A stretch of DNA of 64,000 bases. Origin: Bryobacterales bacterium (GTDB taxonomy: Bacteria > Acidobacteriota > Terriglobia > Bryobacterales > UBA6623). The notes under the pieces are model-generated. The model saw only the letters and a list, made by a program, of their open reading frames with translations, ran no database searches and was not told the DNA's origin. A program made the translations under genes and the position numbers. This document shows positions 62,379 through 64,000 of the stretch, piece after piece; the stretch's first letter is position 1, and each line of letters begins with the position of its first letter. The stretch lies in assembly GCA_963422375.2 (NCBI GenBank), contig OY729427.2:1184001-1248000 (forward strand), written 5' to 3'.

Positions 62379-64000
62379 ATGCACCGCGACACGCAAGGCG
62401 GCGACAGCCTGCAAGGCTTTCTGGCACCGGGCTTCGTGAATCTCGAAGAGCTGCTGGACGCTCTCGAGTTCGAGGTGGTCCACTCGGGCGGGCTCTTCGG
62501 ACGGCAGGGACTCGAACTGCGAAAGTGCCCTCCCGGCACGCGCAAGGTCGCGCTGACGATCAGCGGCGGCGGCGCGTCCGGGGCCTACAGCGCGGGCCTG
62601 CTCGAAGTTCTGCTCGCCGGGCTGCGCGAGCGTGGAATCGACGTCGGAATCTTCGTGGGCACTTCCTCGGGGGCCGTCAACGGATACGGGGCGTTCGTCG
62701 CTGCGCTGGGCAAGGAAAACAAGCAATTCCGCTCGGAACCGTCGGTGCGGCAGCCCTTCGAGAGCTACATCGCATCGGTCTGGTCGTACCTGGACCGGGA
62801 CGGCAAGGCCTCGCGTTGGGTGGTCGGACGGCGCTCGTGGATCGTGCAGCTGGCCTCGCGCGGTCTCCCTTCGCGCTGGGCTCGGGCGGGCCTGCTCGCC
62901 CTGGTCGCCCTGGGCGCGATCCTGCTGCAGGCGGTCCTGCTGGTGCCCGCGACTTTGGCAGCGACCCGGCCCGCGCCGCTGCTGTACGCTTCGCTCACGA
63001 CCGTCCTCCTTGTCGCGACGGCGTGGATCGTCGCCAGGGCCTTCCGCCAGAGCCTCTTCCTCGACCTGCCGCTTCTGCGACTCCTCTCCAACACGGGTCT
63101 CGGCGGAGACCTCAGGCGCTTTTCCCGCATCTCGCGCGGCCAGGCCGTCGACCGGGGGCGCAACCTGAGCCGCGAGATCGTCGGCGAGTGGTACCGCCGA
63201 CGCGATCATCTGCCCGAGCTGGTGGTCACTGCGACAGACGTCACCGCGAGCAGGGAGTGCCTCTTCACGCTGGTGCGGCCCGACACGTACGCGCAGCTGG
63301 TCCGGCGCGAGTGGCTGGCAGTCCAGTTCGATGCGCCCCTGGGCGACGCGCCGGCCTATCGCGTCGCGGACTCCGCGACCTTCGCGCTACCGGAGAACCT
63401 GCTGAGCTCGGTCCTGGCGTCAGCGGCCGTTCCCGGCGCGTTTCCGACGCAGCGCATCGGTATCTACCGGCACGGATCGGGCAAGGTCGTCAGGCATCAC
63501 TTCGTCGACGGGGGCGTGCTGAACAACAGTCCTGTCCACGTCGCGATCGACGCAGGCGCCACGCACGTAATCTCGCTGGAGACACTGCCCTTCAAGACGG
63601 ACGATCCTCTGGAAGACGGCGACCGAGGGCACGTAAGGTACAACCTGCTGGAGGCGGCCCTCGCGGCCTTCACTACGGTTCTGGAACGTGCGAGGGATGC
63701 TGACATCCGCCGCACCGCGTCCTGGAACCGATTTCTAGTGGGCCGGCCGGCCGGGCTGCGACCGGGCTGCGGGAGGGCGTCCCCGTCCGTCCGGCGGCGT
63801 CGAGTGATTCCCGTCTACCGGGTGGCCCCGCGGGAGCCCCTCCTCGGCACGGTCGAATTCGGGGGCCGCATCGAGGGAGGCCAGCGGACGGTCACGCTGC
63901 GCGACTTGCTTCGACGGGGCGTGCGCGACATGCAGGGGCGCAACATCTGGGCCGCGACGACGCACTACGCGCCGGAATGGCACGATCCAGAGGCCGAAGC
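62379..64000 (+). CDS. Patatin-like phospholipase, runs off the window (absent from the ORF track)
   Basis: Manual translation: ISGGGASGAY, VGTSSG (GxSxG), ASAAVPGAFP, FVDGGVLNN. Confidence 0.85.
   Translation, partial: MHRDTQGGDSLQGFLAPGFVNLEELLDALEFEVVHSGGLFGRQGLELRKCPPGTRKVALTISGGGASGAYSAGLLEVLLAGLRERGIDVGIFVGTSSGAVNGYGAFVAALGKENKQFRSEPSVRQPFESYIASVWSYLDRDGKASRWVVGRRSWIVQLASRGLPSRWARAGLLALVALGAILLQAVLLVPATLAATRPAPLLYASLTTVLLVATAWIVARAFRQSLFLDLPLLRLLSNTGLGGDLRRFSRISRGQAVDRGRNLSREIVGEWYRRRDHLPELVVTATDVTASRECLFTLVRPDTYAQLVRREWLAVQFDAPLGDAPAYRVADSATFALPENLLSSVLASAAVPGAFPTQRIGIYRHGSGKVVRHHFVDGGVLNNSPVHVAIDAGATHVISLETLPFKTDDPLEDGDRGHVRYNLLEAALAAFTTVLERARDADIRRTASWNRFLVGRPAGLRPGCGRASPSVRRRRVIPVYRVAPREPLLGTVEFGGRIEGGQRTVTLRDLLRRGVRDMQGRNIWAATTHYAPEWHDPEAE

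Noticed and set aside
1..64000. CRISPR array, cas genes or rRNA
   Set aside because: No regularly spaced repeats, cas motifs or rRNA-like sequence seen; the Cas4-like Cys pattern at 54.6-55.3 kb belongs to the helicase fusion.

Overview
GC-rich bacterial chromosome window. The gene content (DUF1501 with DUF1549/DUF1553, DUF1080, Tat-exported sulfatases, a Tes-like radical SAM enzyme) suggests Acidobacteriota, Bryobacterales-like; this is an inference. Housekeeping blocks (2-oxoacid:ferredoxin oxidoreductase, hisZ/hisG, ggt, purA, queG, yceD-rpmF-plsX, lipA, aquaporin) are interrupted by three accessory zones. (i) 1-2.5 kb: an IS end and a broken AAA ATPase. (ii) 20.2-26.7 kb: a decayed ADP-ribosylglycohydrolase, an HD phosphohydrolase and a MITE. 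(iii) An ~21.5 kb island between tRNA-Leu(UAA) and lipA, which contains the most striking structure, a three-level nest. The left inverted repeat of an IS1595 copy was split precisely by a group II intron (40564-42548). The same repeat was also hit by a 14.3 kb composite transposon (42556-56891) made of two inverted sister IS1595 copies and flanked by an 8-bp duplication, ATATAATT. Its cargo is defence-like: fused tandem integrases, HigBA, an intact MmeI-type R-M enzyme, a truncated Schlafen/AlbA_2 gene and an ImmA/IrrE peptidase-UvrD helicase-nuclease fusion. All calls come from reading motifs by eye; no searches were run.
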